From IMG/VR virus record IMGVR_UViG_3300027151_000220: DNA of 64,000 bases. The stretch is one strand, 5' to 3'. Source of the DNA: a virus. Lineage: Duplodnaviria; Heunggongvirae; Uroviricota; Caudoviricetes. How positions within the stretch are numbered: the first letter of the stretch is position 1; each line of letters starts with the position of its first letter. A model generated the notes under the pieces. It saw only the letters and a list, made by a program, of their open reading frames with translations. It was not told the DNA's origin and did not search any database. A program made the translations under genes and the position numbers. This document shows, piece by piece, positions 47,406 to 56,741 of this stretch.

Positions 47406-47732
47406 ATGCGCAATTATGTTACTGTGCAAAATCGCAGTAATGGACATGATGCGATAAAGTTGACAGATGGTGCATATGAAGGTATAATTTATTCTTATGG
47501 TAAAGTTGGTTTCGAAGAAGATGAAGCCAACGATTCCTTGAAGATTAGTTTTGAATATGAGATTCTTGACTACAACGATAAGGTTATCACTGACATGAAA
47601 CCCTTTGAGAAATACATAGGTGATATCCTTCAAGATCTTATTCATGAAGGTATTGCGAATAATAATTTAACGTACACAGGTGGTGTTGATGAGAATAGAA
47701 CAGGCGATCCTATCGAACCTGATTCACAATGA
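47406..47732 (+). CDS. hypothetical protein (T4 gene 40 position)
   Basis: ATG directly after the uvsX stop. The ORF track start 47358 overlaps uvsX. Confidence 0.3.
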   Translation: MRNYVTVQNRSNGHDAIKLTDGAYEGIIYSYGKVGFEEDEANDSLKISFEYEILDYNDKVITDMKPFEKYIGDILQDLIHEGIANNNLTYTGGVDENRTGDPIEPDSQ

Positions 47733-49086
47733 GGAGTTCTGTCGTAAGGCAGTTCCTCATTTAAAGACTGAGTATTTTGCAGATCGTAAAGAAAGTGCTA
47801 TCGCTAAAATCTTAGTTGAGTTTTTTGAGCAGTATAATAAGCCAGCATCACCTGAGATTCTGGCTATTGAGATTGGCAATATCAAAGGGCTAACTGACAA
47901 AGAAGTTCCTGAGTTCCAAGAATATGCCAAACAGTTGACTAATAAAGAACCTAATGAAGAATGGTTGATTGGTCAGACTGAAAAGTTTTGTAAAGACAGG
48001 GCAGTTTATAATGCGATTCTTAAATCAATTCAAATTATCGATGGTAGGGACAAAGTGCATCAACAAGATGCGATACCTACTATTCTTAGTGAAGCACTTG
48101 GTGTTTGCTTTGATAATCATGTTGGTCATGATTACATTCAGGATGCTAATGATAGGTATGATTTTTATCACAGGGTGGAAGAGAAAATTGCTTTCGATCT
48201 TGAGATGTTCAACAAAATCACCAAAGGTGGACTCAGTAAGAAAACTTTGAACATTGCTTTGGCAGGAACAGGTGTTGGTAAATCGTTGTTTATGTGTCAC
48301 GTTGGAGCCAGTGTTCTTATGCAGGGTAAAAATGTTTTATACATAACAATGGAGATGGCTGAAGAACGTATCGCTGAACGTATCGATGCAAACTTACTTA
48401 ACCTAACCATGGATGAATTGAAAGTTGTTGATCGGGATATCTTTGATTCACGTCTACAGAAGATTGCTACAAAAACACAGGGAACACTGATTGTCAAAGA
48501 GTATCCAACTGCAGGTGCTCATGCTGGTCACTTCCGTGCTTTGTTGGAAGAGTTAAAACTTAAGAGAGAGTTTGCTCCAGATATTATCTTTATTGACTAT
48601 CTGAATATCTGTGCTTCATCTAGAATGAAACAAACCCATGGTGTAAACTCTTATACATATATTAAGGCTATCGCTGAAGAACTAAGGGGACTGGCAGTTG
48701 AATACAACGTACCTATTGTTAGTGCAACTCAAACAACTCGATCTGGATTTACAAACTCAGACCCAGGACTTGAGGACACTTCAGAATCTTTTGGACTCCC
48801 TGCGACAGCTGATTTCATGTTCGCACTTGTGAGTAATGAAGAACTTGAGCAGTTGAATCAGATTATCGTTAAGCAGTTGAAGAATCGTTACAACGACCCA
48901 AATTTCTACAAGAGGTTTGTCGTTGGTATCGATAGATCTAAAATGAAGTTATATGATGTTGAAGTTTCTGCGCAAGCAGGGCTATCAGATGTTGGAACTA
49001 AAGAAAAAGACGAACCATTGTTTGATAAATCAGATTTTGGTAAACGACTACATAGTGAGAACGAGTTTAGTGGATTTAAGTTTTAG
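47689..49086 (+). CDS. gp41: replicative DNA helicase (DnaB-like)
   Basis: N-terminus MRIEQAILSNLIHNEEFCRKAVPHLKTEYF aligns with T4 gp41 (MVEIILSHLIFDQAYFSKVWPYMDSEYF). Walker A AGTGVGKS, Walker B IIFIDYLN, arginine-finger region. Confidence 0.85.
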   Translation: MRIEQAILSNLIHNEEFCRKAVPHLKTEYFADRKESAIAKILVEFFEQYNKPASPEILAIEIGNIKGLTDKEVPEFQEYAKQLTNKEPNEEWLIGQTEKFCKDRAVYNAILKSIQIIDGRDKVHQQDAIPTILSEALGVCFDNHVGHDYIQDANDRYDFYHRVEEKIAFDLEMFNKITKGGLSKKTLNIALAGTGVGKSLFMCHVGASVLMQGKNVLYITMEMAEERIAERIDANLLNLTMDELKVVDRDIFDSRLQKIATKTQGTLIVKEYPTAGAHAGHFRALLEELKLKREFAPDIIFIDYLNICASSRMKQTHGVNSYTYIKAIAEELRGLAVEYNVPIVSATQTTRSGFTNSDPGLEDTSESFGLPATADFMFALVSNEELEQLNQIIVKQLKNRYNDPNFYKRFVVGIDRSKMKLYDVEVSAQAGLSDVGTKEKDEPLFDKSDFGKRLHSENEFSGFKF

Positions 49087-49095
49087 GAGAGAGAA

Positions 49096-50397
49096 ATGAC
49101 AGTTAAAGTTATTGTCGCTGATAAAAAGATTGATTGTAAACATTTGATTGGTCAATTCGTTGACGAGAATCATTACGACCATCTTATCGAAGAAGATACT
49201 GATGTTTATATGCCAGCACCTTATGGTGAAGATCCTATCAATGAAGACAGGATTGTATTGAAGTTCCGTAAGAACTTCTTCACCAAAGAACAACAAGACC
49301 AAGCGTATGCAGGTCTTCGTGAAGCTGCAACTGAAACACAGAATCGTGGCGCAGCAGCAGGTCCACGTGGTGAGAAGTTGGGTAATCGTGAATGGGTTAC
49401 TGAGTATGAATCTGAGATGGTTGAATACTTCCTTGACCCATACTCTGGTCTTGCAGGAGATCCTGTAGAAGATATTATCAAACGCTATAAGGGTAAACCA
49501 CCTACTCCATCTAATCGCAATAATGTTTGGTCGATTGAAAGAACTAAGTCAACCAATTTTAATTTCGATCAGTGGGTTGAGAAAGTGCGTACACTTCCAC
49601 GACAAGAACAAATTAAAGAAGCAAACTTTGTTGCTGATGAATTGATTTGTGCAACCACTTACGCTAACTCAGTTTATTCTGGCATCGCAGGTTGGTTCGA
49701 TCGTTATCCTCGCATTCCTTATGGTCGTGCAACATCTTACACTGCCAAGAATCCTGAGAAGTTTGCACTTGCTTACCCATTCCTACAAACATTGTCAAAT
49801 GGTTTTAGGGATCTACTACCACAGCGTTATGAAGCACAGATGAAAGCAGCGAGACAAGTTGATCCTCGTTTCCTAGTTCCTGGAACTCCATTCACAACTG
49901 TTACTGTGAATAAAACATTCAGAACTGCTGCTCACTATGACGTTGGCGATTTAAATAGTGGTCTTTCAAATCTACTAACTTTGTCAAATGATGGACGTTA
50001 CAGTGGTGGTTATTTGATTGCACCTGAGTATCGTGTTGCTGTTAATCCACGTCCAGGCGACTTGCTATTGATTAACAACCATGATGTTATGCATGGCAAC
50101 ACTCCTATCGTTTGTGAAGAAGGTTCTGAGCGTATCAGTTTGGTTTGCTACTTCCGTGAGAAGATGCTTGAGTTGGGTTCTTGGGAATATGAGAACTGTC
50201 GTTATGACTTCGTTGAACAACGTCGCAAGAATCCTGAACATCCGATGCAACGTAAACTTTGGAATGGTGTTTCCGAAGGTATGTGGACTTCTGACGAGTG
50301 GTACGACTATTGTCGTGAAAAACTTGGAGATGAAATCCTAATTAAATATCATCCAGAATCAATGAAGTCTGGATCACTTGATGAATTTTTTGCGTAA
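49096..50397 (+). CDS. 2OG-Fe(II) dioxygenase with TET/JBP-like DSBH core (candidate nucleic-acid base hydroxylase)
   Basis: Residues ~270-380: TVTVNKTFRTAAHYDVGD (HxD) ... GGYL ... PGDLLLINNHDVMHGNTP (distal His) ... RISLVCYFR (2OG-binding Arg) in the order and spacing of TET/JBP-family enzymes. Long N-terminal domain of unknown function. Immediately upstream of a glucosyltransferase-like gene. Confidence 0.5.
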   Translation: MTVKVIVADKKIDCKHLIGQFVDENHYDHLIEEDTDVYMPAPYGEDPINEDRIVLKFRKNFFTKEQQDQAYAGLREAATETQNRGAAAGPRGEKLGNREWVTEYESEMVEYFLDPYSGLAGDPVEDIIKRYKGKPPTPSNRNNVWSIERTKSTNFNFDQWVEKVRTLPRQEQIKEANFVADELICATTYANSVYSGIAGWFDRYPRIPYGRATSYTAKNPEKFALAYPFLQTLSNGFRDLLPQRYEAQMKAARQVDPRFLVPGTPFTTVTVNKTFRTAAHYDVGDLNSGLSNLLTLSNDGRYSGGYLIAPEYRVAVNPRPGDLLLINNHDVMHGNTPIVCEEGSERISLVCYFREKMLELGSWEYENCRYDFVEQRRKNPEHPMQRKLWNGVSEGMWTSDEWYDYCREKLGDEILIKYHPESMKSGSLDEFFA

Positions 50398-50405
50398 GGT
50401 TTATT

Positions 50406-51413
50406 ATGTCACTACATGAGTTTCTAGGTGAAGAAAGGTTGTTAGAGTGGTTCTATTCAAAGAACTCTAGCAATACTGGAACTAAAATTGGTTATCGCAG
50501 AGTTTCTGGTAAGATTGGTTTGACCAACAAAGAGAATGGTGTTCGTGGAGCATGGGTAGAGAAACGTGTTGCTCTGTTCAAGAACATGCTTGATTTTGGT
50601 CATCGAATCATTCCACTATCAGAAGCAACTGATGCAACCAAAGATGATGGGTTTGAAACATTTGACACATATCAAGATTGTGATGTTCTCATGCTTGAGT
50701 TTGGTGGAACTAATTTGCAGTTCTATCAGAAGTACTGGGATAAAACTGTTGAGATGATTAAAGCACATAAGGGTCGCATCATCTTTTTGAATGACGATCC
50801 AGATCTTCCATTCCTTTGGGAGTTGTTACCTGATGAAGATTGGTCACGTTGGACTATTGCAGCCAATGCGACTGAGTGTAATGAAGTTGCAACTATCCTG
50901 AAGTGTCCTATCGGAACTACAACTGTTGATTTACCCATGGCATCTGGTATGGAGTTTGCTGAATTTCATCCAGGTAATATTGAGAAGGTGGTTTACATTG
51001 GTAGACCAAATGGCAGAACCAAATACTTCAAAGAGTTTACTTCTTCACGTTGTCTTCAAGTTGCAGGTAAAGAAGCTGAATGGGATGATTTTGAAGCACT
51101 TGAGATTCTACCAAACCCACAGCAAAGAGATCGTAGAAAGTTCTATCAACAGTTCTATGGCTGTCTAGCTGTCTATGACGATAAACATAAGAAGTCTGGT
51201 TGGAGAACTGGTCGTGCATATCATGCTCTTTATGCAGGTATTCCTGTCTGCGCACCGAAAGGTAACAATGGTTTGAATTGGTGTTTCCCTACAGATACCA
51301 AAATGGAGTTGGATAAGTTTGCGTCATTCCCAGAGGAAGTCCGTAGAAATATCTGGGAAAAGCAGAAAGCTGTTGTAGAAAAGACTGGAAAGGTTGATCC
51401 ATTAATCCTATGA
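50406..51413 (+). CDS. DNA beta-glucosyltransferase-like protein (GT-B fold)
   Basis: RIIFLNDDPDLPFLWELLPD aligns to T4 beta-gt YYLFTDIRLPFSQSWPN. Similar length (335 vs 351 aa) and C-terminal block pattern (VVYIGRPNGRT / VIYGGSFRSGQR). Confidence 0.5.
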   Translation: MSLHEFLGEERLLEWFYSKNSSNTGTKIGYRRVSGKIGLTNKENGVRGAWVEKRVALFKNMLDFGHRIIPLSEATDATKDDGFETFDTYQDCDVLMLEFGGTNLQFYQKYWDKTVEMIKAHKGRIIFLNDDPDLPFLWELLPDEDWSRWTIAANATECNEVATILKCPIGTTTVDLPMASGMEFAEFHPGNIEKVVYIGRPNGRTKYFKEFTSSRCLQVAGKEAEWDDFEALEILPNPQQRDRRKFYQQFYGCLAVYDDKHKKSGWRTGRAYHALYAGIPVCAPKGNNGLNWCFPTDTKMELDKFASFPEEVRRNIWEKQKAVVEKTGKVDPLIL

Positions 51414-51862
51414 TAGTTTCTTATGACATCGATGGGGTTCTGGCTGCTCAGCCACCGCCATCCGAAATGAAGTGGGGTAAAATGAATGGGGTTCAAAGAA
51501 AGGCTAGGAAGGACTTTTTGTACGATTGGTACGAGAATGCCGAGAAACTTATAGAGCCAGTTGAGACCCAATTTTACGCCATTTCTGCAAGAAAACGAGA
51601 GCCAAGAATACATACAATCACAAAAGACTGGCTGAATAAATATTATGGTGGAAGAGTAATTTCCTTCCATCTTCTAGATAATACCAGAACTGTTGAAAAT
51701 GTAGTCCGATTTAAGTCCGAAAGGGTGCTTGAATTGGGTATACAACGACATTATGAAGACAACAAAAAAGTACTGAGAGGGATGCGCAAACTGTTACCCC
51801 AAACTGTTGAGTTGTATTTTTGGGAAAGGGGTATGCAGGAGCCAGTTCCTTTTATCAAATAG
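51410..51862 (+). CDS. HAD-superfamily phosphatase-like protein (putative nucleotidase)
   Basis: N-terminal motif I SYDIDGVLA (DxDG[VT]). 150 aa. ATGA overlap. Confidence 0.4.
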   Translation: MIVSYDIDGVLAAQPPPSEMKWGKMNGVQRKARKDFLYDWYENAEKLIEPVETQFYAISARKREPRIHTITKDWLNKYYGGRVISFHLLDNTRTVENVVRFKSERVLELGIQRHYEDNKKVLRGMRKLLPQTVELYFWERGMQEPVPFIK

Positions 51863-51870
51863 GGCTGAAT

Positions 51871-52587
51871 ATGAAGTTCCTGGAAAATTATAACTCCGAC
51901 TGGATGGACATGCTCAATTTTTATGAGCGTCCATTTAGGGCTAAACTTGTTCCAGCAAAAGTCCTCAAGGATCTAGACAAGTATAGAAACGATTCAAAAG
52001 GTTTAGCCAACTATCTTAAAAAGTGGCGAACTAAAGTTGTATGGAGAGAAGAGAAGTCTAAGGCTAGTTGGACTGAGAAGTATGTTTGTATTGGTGGTGA
52101 GTATGATCCAGAAAATAGACAGTCACTTTTAATAATACATACAACCAAATTTGATACATTTAATTTCAATGACCAAGTTTGGGAAAAGTTTAAGTTTCGT
52201 TTATTGCAAACTTTGATGCATGAGATAATTCACTTCATGCAATATGATAGACGTGATGATACATGGAGCAATTATGTTGTTCCTTATAAGAAAGTTGGTA
52301 TAGCCAAAAAAGACGCAGAAAGAAAGTACCTTTCTGAGTTCGATGAGATACAAGCATATGCTCATTGTGTATACCTAGACTTCAAAGTACTAAGACCAAA
52401 CGTAGATATTAATACGCTACTAAATCGCTGCAAGAAATCTCGCGATTCAAAAACCCTCCACTATTTCCTCAAGACATTCGACTACGACTTCCGAAACAAT
52501 GAATCTCCAAGAAAGATCATTGACCAGATCGGTAAGTGGGATCGCAAATACGAGAAAGTTATTCGTAGACAGCGCAGACCTAAATAG
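51871..52587 (+). CDS. putative zinc metallopeptidase-like protein (HExxH)
   Basis: LMHEIIHFMQYD contains HEIIH. Basic C-terminus. Confidence 0.35.
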   Translation: MKFLENYNSDWMDMLNFYERPFRAKLVPAKVLKDLDKYRNDSKGLANYLKKWRTKVVWREEKSKASWTEKYVCIGGEYDPENRQSLLIIHTTKFDTFNFNDQVWEKFKFRLLQTLMHEIIHFMQYDRRDDTWSNYVVPYKKVGIAKKDAERKYLSEFDEIQAYAHCVYLDFKVLRPNVDINTLLNRCKKSRDSKTLHYFLKTFDYDFRNNESPRKIIDQIGKWDRKYEKVIRRQRRPK

Positions 52588-52613
52588 TACAATAATTATT
52601 GTACGGGGTTCCC

Positions 52614-53417
52614 ATGGCACAAAAAGGTTTCGATTACGAGAGAAACGCACATAACGTATTGAAAGAATACAAAATCACTGTAGGTGATCCAGCTGGCGCA
52701 TCGCACGATAAACCAGATCTTTCTATCGTCACTAAAAGTATATCAACATCAACAGGATGTGAGTTAAAGATATCCCCAACTGCAGCAGGATCTCTAGTAT
52801 TAAAATACTACAACGGTAAGTGGGCATTCGCTGAAGACCTTAAAGGCGATCCTGAGAAAATCATGATGCGAGATATCGCAACTCAATACAACCTTCTCCA
52901 AGAAATGAATGTATCGGGTACTGCTGGTGAGAAGTGGAGAAGTAAAGTTCCTATTCTACAGAATGACCAAGCTGGTAGAAAAATACTTACTGGTGGTATT
53001 AAAGACAAACGCAAAGCGTATGAAATTGATATACAAAGTTATAAGGGTGAGAACGAGGTCCACATAACAGTCCCAGCTAAGGCTATCTGTGACTACTACA
53101 ATAAGAAGAAAACCTACTACATCAATGTAGGTACTCATGGGTTCTATTTAATGAATAAATTCGATCCGTTAAAATTGAATGCCAAGCTAACCAAGAAGAT
53201 CGAAGATTTCTCAAACTGCACATCAGCTAGAATCAGAACTAGATGCCAGCCAAAGGGTGGTGGCGATTACCAGTTCGTTATGACTTTAGAATTTTCAAAC
53301 CTAAGAAAATCTCTCTATAACCTAGCACCCATTACATCCCAAAATAACGTCACTATTAATAGAACAGCTTACAGCTTAACTGACAATCAGTCTCTACTTA
53401 AAGCATTCGCTTCATAG
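52614..53417 (+). CDS. hypothetical protein
   Basis: ATG 52614 with SD GGGG. 267 aa. Confidence 0.35.
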   Translation: MAQKGFDYERNAHNVLKEYKITVGDPAGASHDKPDLSIVTKSISTSTGCELKISPTAAGSLVLKYYNGKWAFAEDLKGDPEKIMMRDIATQYNLLQEMNVSGTAGEKWRSKVPILQNDQAGRKILTGGIKDKRKAYEIDIQSYKGENEVHITVPAKAICDYYNKKKTYYINVGTHGFYLMNKFDPLKLNAKLTKKIEDFSNCTSARIRTRCQPKGGGDYQFVMTLEFSNLRKSLYNLAPITSQNNVTINRTAYSLTDNQSLLKAFAS

Positions 53418-53422
53418 ACTTT

Positions 53423-53430
53423 TATAAATA
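53423..53430 (+). promoter_or_regulatory. late promoter motif TATAAATA
   Basis: Exact TATAAATA 6 nt after the stop of the preceding gene. Confidence 0.35.
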
Positions 53431-53464
53431 CCTCTGTAAGTCATTGTTTTCAATGGATTAAAAT

Positions 53465-53485
53465 AACCCTTCAGAACGTAGGGTT
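53465..53485 (+). terminator. hairpin AACCCT-tcagaacgt-AGGGTT (variant of the conserved cassette)
   Basis: Same arm sequence as the hairpins at 26148, 28663 and 37751, with the arms swapped. Confidence 0.45.
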
Positions 53486-53498
53486 ACTAAAATAATGC

Positions 53499-53527
53499 TT
53501 TACTTTATTGTAAAAGTAGGGTATAAT
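53499..53527 (+). promoter_or_regulatory. early promoter TTTACT-N17-TATAAT
   Basis: atgcTTTACTttattgtaaaagtagggTATAAT. Confidence 0.5.
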
Positions 53528-53546
53528 AACTGTATAGATGGGTAAA

Positions 53547-54740
53547 ATGAAGTCGTTCCAAACATTCCTTAAAGAAGAAACCGAAGAAGAGAAACTGAAG
53601 CACATCCATCATGTAGAGGATCGCCCTCTATTCCATGGTTCTTCAGGGTTCGAACATGCTCTTGGTGCACTAAACCATGGACATGAACACATTAAAGCTG
53701 GGAAACAATCCAGCGATCTGACCATGAAATATGACGGATCGCCATCATTGGTTTTTGGAAAGCATCCAGAAACTGGAAAATTCTTTGTTGCTTCCAAGTC
53801 AGCGTTCAATAAAAACCCAAAAATCAACTATACTGCTAAGGACATTGACAAGAACCATGGTCATGCTCCAGGTCTCGCAGAAAAATTAAAGCATGCTCTA
53901 AAACATCTACCAAAGGTTGCACCTAAGCAAGGTGTATATCAGGGTGACGTTATGCACTCTGAGGGTGATGTTAAATATGATGAGAAGAAGGGAACTGCTT
54001 CTTATACACCAAATACAATTAAGTATACTGCGCATGGCGATGAAGCCAAGAAAACAGCCCAATCTAAATTTGGGTTAGTTGTTCACCAAAAATATGAGGG
54101 TAAAGATTTTGCTTCGATGAAAGCAACTCCTCATCCTGATATGAAAAGTTTTGGTCAACACAAAGATGTGCATCTTGCTGGTGCCGAGCATGATACTAGC
54201 AAAGTTAAATATACTCAAGCAGATCAGAAAAGATTCCAAAGCCACATGAATGCTGCAAAAGATATTCATGATAAACACGGCGATAAGATGTATGGTGCGA
54301 TCCATCCAGAACACAAAGGTGATGCTGGACATTTGGGAACTTACATCAATCAAACAGTTCGCAAAGATACAAAACCAAACGCAAAAGGATTCATTAAACA
54401 TATTCAGGATGTTTATGAAAAGAAAGCGTCTAAACTAAAGTCTGAGAAGGGACAAACTGCTCAGCGTAATCTTGGTTCTGGTCACGCTGCGCATGTTGAG
54501 AAAAATAAAGAGCATTATGAGAATCTATTTAAAATGCATCAGCATTTACAGCAAGGTAAAAACCTTTTAGTTAAGAATTTAAACCAGCATACTGGCGGTC
54601 TTGAGCATCATATTGGAGATAAGAAAACAGATCCTGAGGGATATGTTATAAATTATACGCACAAAGGTAAACAAGAACCATCTAAAATTGTTAATCGTGC
54701 AGAATTCAGTAAAGCCAACTTATTAAAGCCAAGAAAATGA
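53547..54740 (+). CDS. His/Lys-rich internal head protein candidate with N-terminal capsid-targeting sequence
   Basis: Start at the second ATG (MKSFQTFLKEETEEE), downstream of the -10 element. The leader matches the T4 CTS MKTYQEFIAE. 25% His+Lys. Confidence 0.5.
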   Translation: MKSFQTFLKEETEEEKLKHIHHVEDRPLFHGSSGFEHALGALNHGHEHIKAGKQSSDLTMKYDGSPSLVFGKHPETGKFFVASKSAFNKNPKINYTAKDIDKNHGHAPGLAEKLKHALKHLPKVAPKQGVYQGDVMHSEGDVKYDEKKGTASYTPNTIKYTAHGDEAKKTAQSKFGLVVHQKYEGKDFASMKATPHPDMKSFGQHKDVHLAGAEHDTSKVKYTQADQKRFQSHMNAAKDIHDKHGDKMYGAIHPEHKGDAGHLGTYINQTVRKDTKPNAKGFIKHIQDVYEKKASKLKSEKGQTAQRNLGSGHAAHVEKNKEHYENLFKMHQHLQQGKNLLVKNLNQHTGGLEHHIGDKKTDPEGYVINYTHKGKQEPSKIVNRAEFSKANLLKPRK

Positions 54741-55351
54741 AGACATTTAAATCTTATATTGTAGAATCAGAAAAAGACGTTCATCATGTTCTTGCTTTTG
54801 GTCGAATGAATCCTCCAACTGCTGGTCATGAGAAACTCGTAACCCATATGCATGATACTGCCAAGAAACATAATGCAGAACATACATTGGTATTATCAGG
54901 TTCGCATGCAACTAAAGACGGATCTAATCCATTACCACCTGATGTTAAAAAGAAACATGCAGAGAGAGCATTTCCTGGAACCAATGTTAAGGTAGCTGAT
55001 AAAGAACATCCTACTGTTCTTCATCATGCTGCTGAGTTGCACAAAAAAGGTGTTACTCATTTACACTTTGCTGGTGGCGATGATCGTAAACCAATGCATG
55101 AATTGATTAAAAAGTATAATGGAAAAGAAGGTCCACATGGACATTACAATTTCAAGAGTATAAAGTTCCACAATGCAGGTAAACGTGATCCAAATGCAAA
55201 AGGAACTGAAGGTATTTCTGGAACTAAACTTCGTGGTCACGCTGCAGCTGGTGAACAGAAAAAGTTTGAATCTCATCTATCGTCACAGATGAAACCAGAA
55301 CATAAAACAGAATTGTATCACGACTTACGTAAACATATGGGTGTAAAGTAA
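54737..55351 (+). CDS. CTS-tagged nucleotidyltransferase (cytidylyltransferase/NMNAT-like fold)
   Basis: MKTFKSYIVESE leader. HVLAFGRMNPPTAGHEKLV (GxFxxxHxGH motif) and GISGTKLRG (ISxTxxR motif) at canonical spacing (~150 aa). Confidence 0.55.
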   Translation: MKTFKSYIVESEKDVHHVLAFGRMNPPTAGHEKLVTHMHDTAKKHNAEHTLVLSGSHATKDGSNPLPPDVKKKHAERAFPGTNVKVADKEHPTVLHHAAELHKKGVTHLHFAGGDDRKPMHELIKKYNGKEGPHGHYNFKSIKFHNAGKRDPNAKGTEGISGTKLRGHAAAGEQKKFESHLSSQMKPEHKTELYHDLRKHMGVK

Positions 55352-56397
55352 TGAAAAATTTTAAATCGTTCTTAGCAGAAGAACAATACTACGAAGAATT
55401 GCTTATCGAAGCAGCTGATGATGCTTCCAAAGAGGGTGGTGTTTCCAATAACACTAAAGGTGTGTTGCACGAACTATTAGTCGGCAAACATTTAAATGGT
55501 GGTAAGCATCTAGAGAAACACAAGAATGAAAACGATGAAACACCTGAGCAAGCACACGAGAGATTAAAGAAACAAATTCACCCTAAAGATTATGATAAGA
55601 TCGCTAAAAATGCAGAGAGTGCTGCCAATCATATTAAGGCACATATCGATTCTACTCACAAAGGGCATAAGATTTCAGCAGTGCATTGGACTTCAAAACC
55701 TGGAGATACAGAAAAGGTAACTGGTCACAAAGCAACACAGAAAGAAGATTCTTCTGACGTTTATGTAACTACCAAGCATCCAAAGACAGGTAAAGAACAT
55801 CATCATGGCGTAAGTTTAAAAGTCAGCGATAAGTCCAGTAAAAACATTCCGTCTTCAAGTCTTGGTATGGAATCTGGTGGTTCAAAAGCCAGACAGCATT
55901 ATAAAGATCATCAAGACGCAATACTTGCTGCTCATCCTAAATTAAAAGGTAAGAATAAAGACCAGCGTAAAGAAATTGCAAAAGCAGATCCTAAGTTGCA
56001 TGATGATATTAAGAAACGCAACAAAGAACTTTTACATAAAGTTGCTCACGATCATGCTGCTGAGTTGCAGCACCACTTAGACAACAATAACCACGACCAT
56101 GTAGTTAAACATATTCGTGAAGTTCTACATGCACATAAGACTCCTGCAGAAGAAAAGGGGCACAGTTTTATTAAGCATACAACATATCAAACTGCTAAGG
56201 GTGTTCAACACCATACAAGTAAGCCAAGCGAAGACCACGAACATATCCTTAAAGACCATAAGAATATTACAGTTAAATCCAGTGGTGGCTCTGTTCACTT
56301 CTATCACAATGGTAAGAAGTTTGCTTCTCAAGCCCATAAGTTCGACTCTCAATCTGATCCATTAAGTTCATTAAAGAGTGCAGGTAAAGCTGTATGA
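55351..56397 (+). CDS. His/Lys-rich internal head protein candidate with CTS
   Basis: MKNFKSFLAEEQYYEELLIEA leader. Extremely His-rich (HHH, HxxxH repeats). Confidence 0.5.
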   Translation: MKNFKSFLAEEQYYEELLIEAADDASKEGGVSNNTKGVLHELLVGKHLNGGKHLEKHKNENDETPEQAHERLKKQIHPKDYDKIAKNAESAANHIKAHIDSTHKGHKISAVHWTSKPGDTEKVTGHKATQKEDSSDVYVTTKHPKTGKEHHHGVSLKVSDKSSKNIPSSSLGMESGGSKARQHYKDHQDAILAAHPKLKGKNKDQRKEIAKADPKLHDDIKKRNKELLHKVAHDHAAELQHHLDNNNHDHVVKHIREVLHAHKTPAEEKGHSFIKHTTYQTAKGVQHHTSKPSEDHEHILKDHKNITVKSSGGSVHFYHNGKKFASQAHKFDSQSDPLSSLKSAGKAV

Positions 56398-56741
56398 AAA
56401 AGTTAATACTGATTCTTGCCGTAGTTTCTTTATCTGCATGTTCTGTTATCCTACCAAGACCACACGACCCAGAAATGTTTGGTCGTTTAGTTGATACCAA
56501 AATAGCAGTTGATAAATTAGAATGTGGTAATCAGTTAATGTTCCAAAACGCAGACGAGTATATCGAGAGATTAAAAGTTTATGCTGTTTTAAGATCTGAC
56601 CCACAAGCAGAAGCTATTGGAAAATTGCAAGAAGCTATCAAGAAAGCAGGAGAATCCAAGAACAAAGTATTCTGCGAATCTGTTGTTAAAACAAATAAAG
56701 TTAGAATCGATGTAATAGTAGATGCTTGGAAAGGAAGATAA
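56394..56741 (+). CDS. small lipoprotein
   Basis: MKKLILILAVVSLSAC: signal peptide with LSAC lipobox. 115 aa. Confidence 0.5.
   Translation: MKKLILILAVVSLSACSVILPRPHDPEMFGRLVDTKIAVDKLECGNQLMFQNADEYIERLKVYAVLRSDPQAEAIGKLQEAIKKAGESKNKVFCESVVKTNKVRIDVIVDAWKGR

Noticed and set aside
53547-54740. KYDGS motif (resembles ligase/RNA-ligase adenylation motif I K-x-D-G)
   Set aside because: Candidate motifs IV/V (EGYVI..KIV) lie ~300 aa downstream, far beyond the 120-150 aa spacing of nucleotidyltransferase domains. The protein is low-complexity His/Lys-rich. The match is probably fortuitous.
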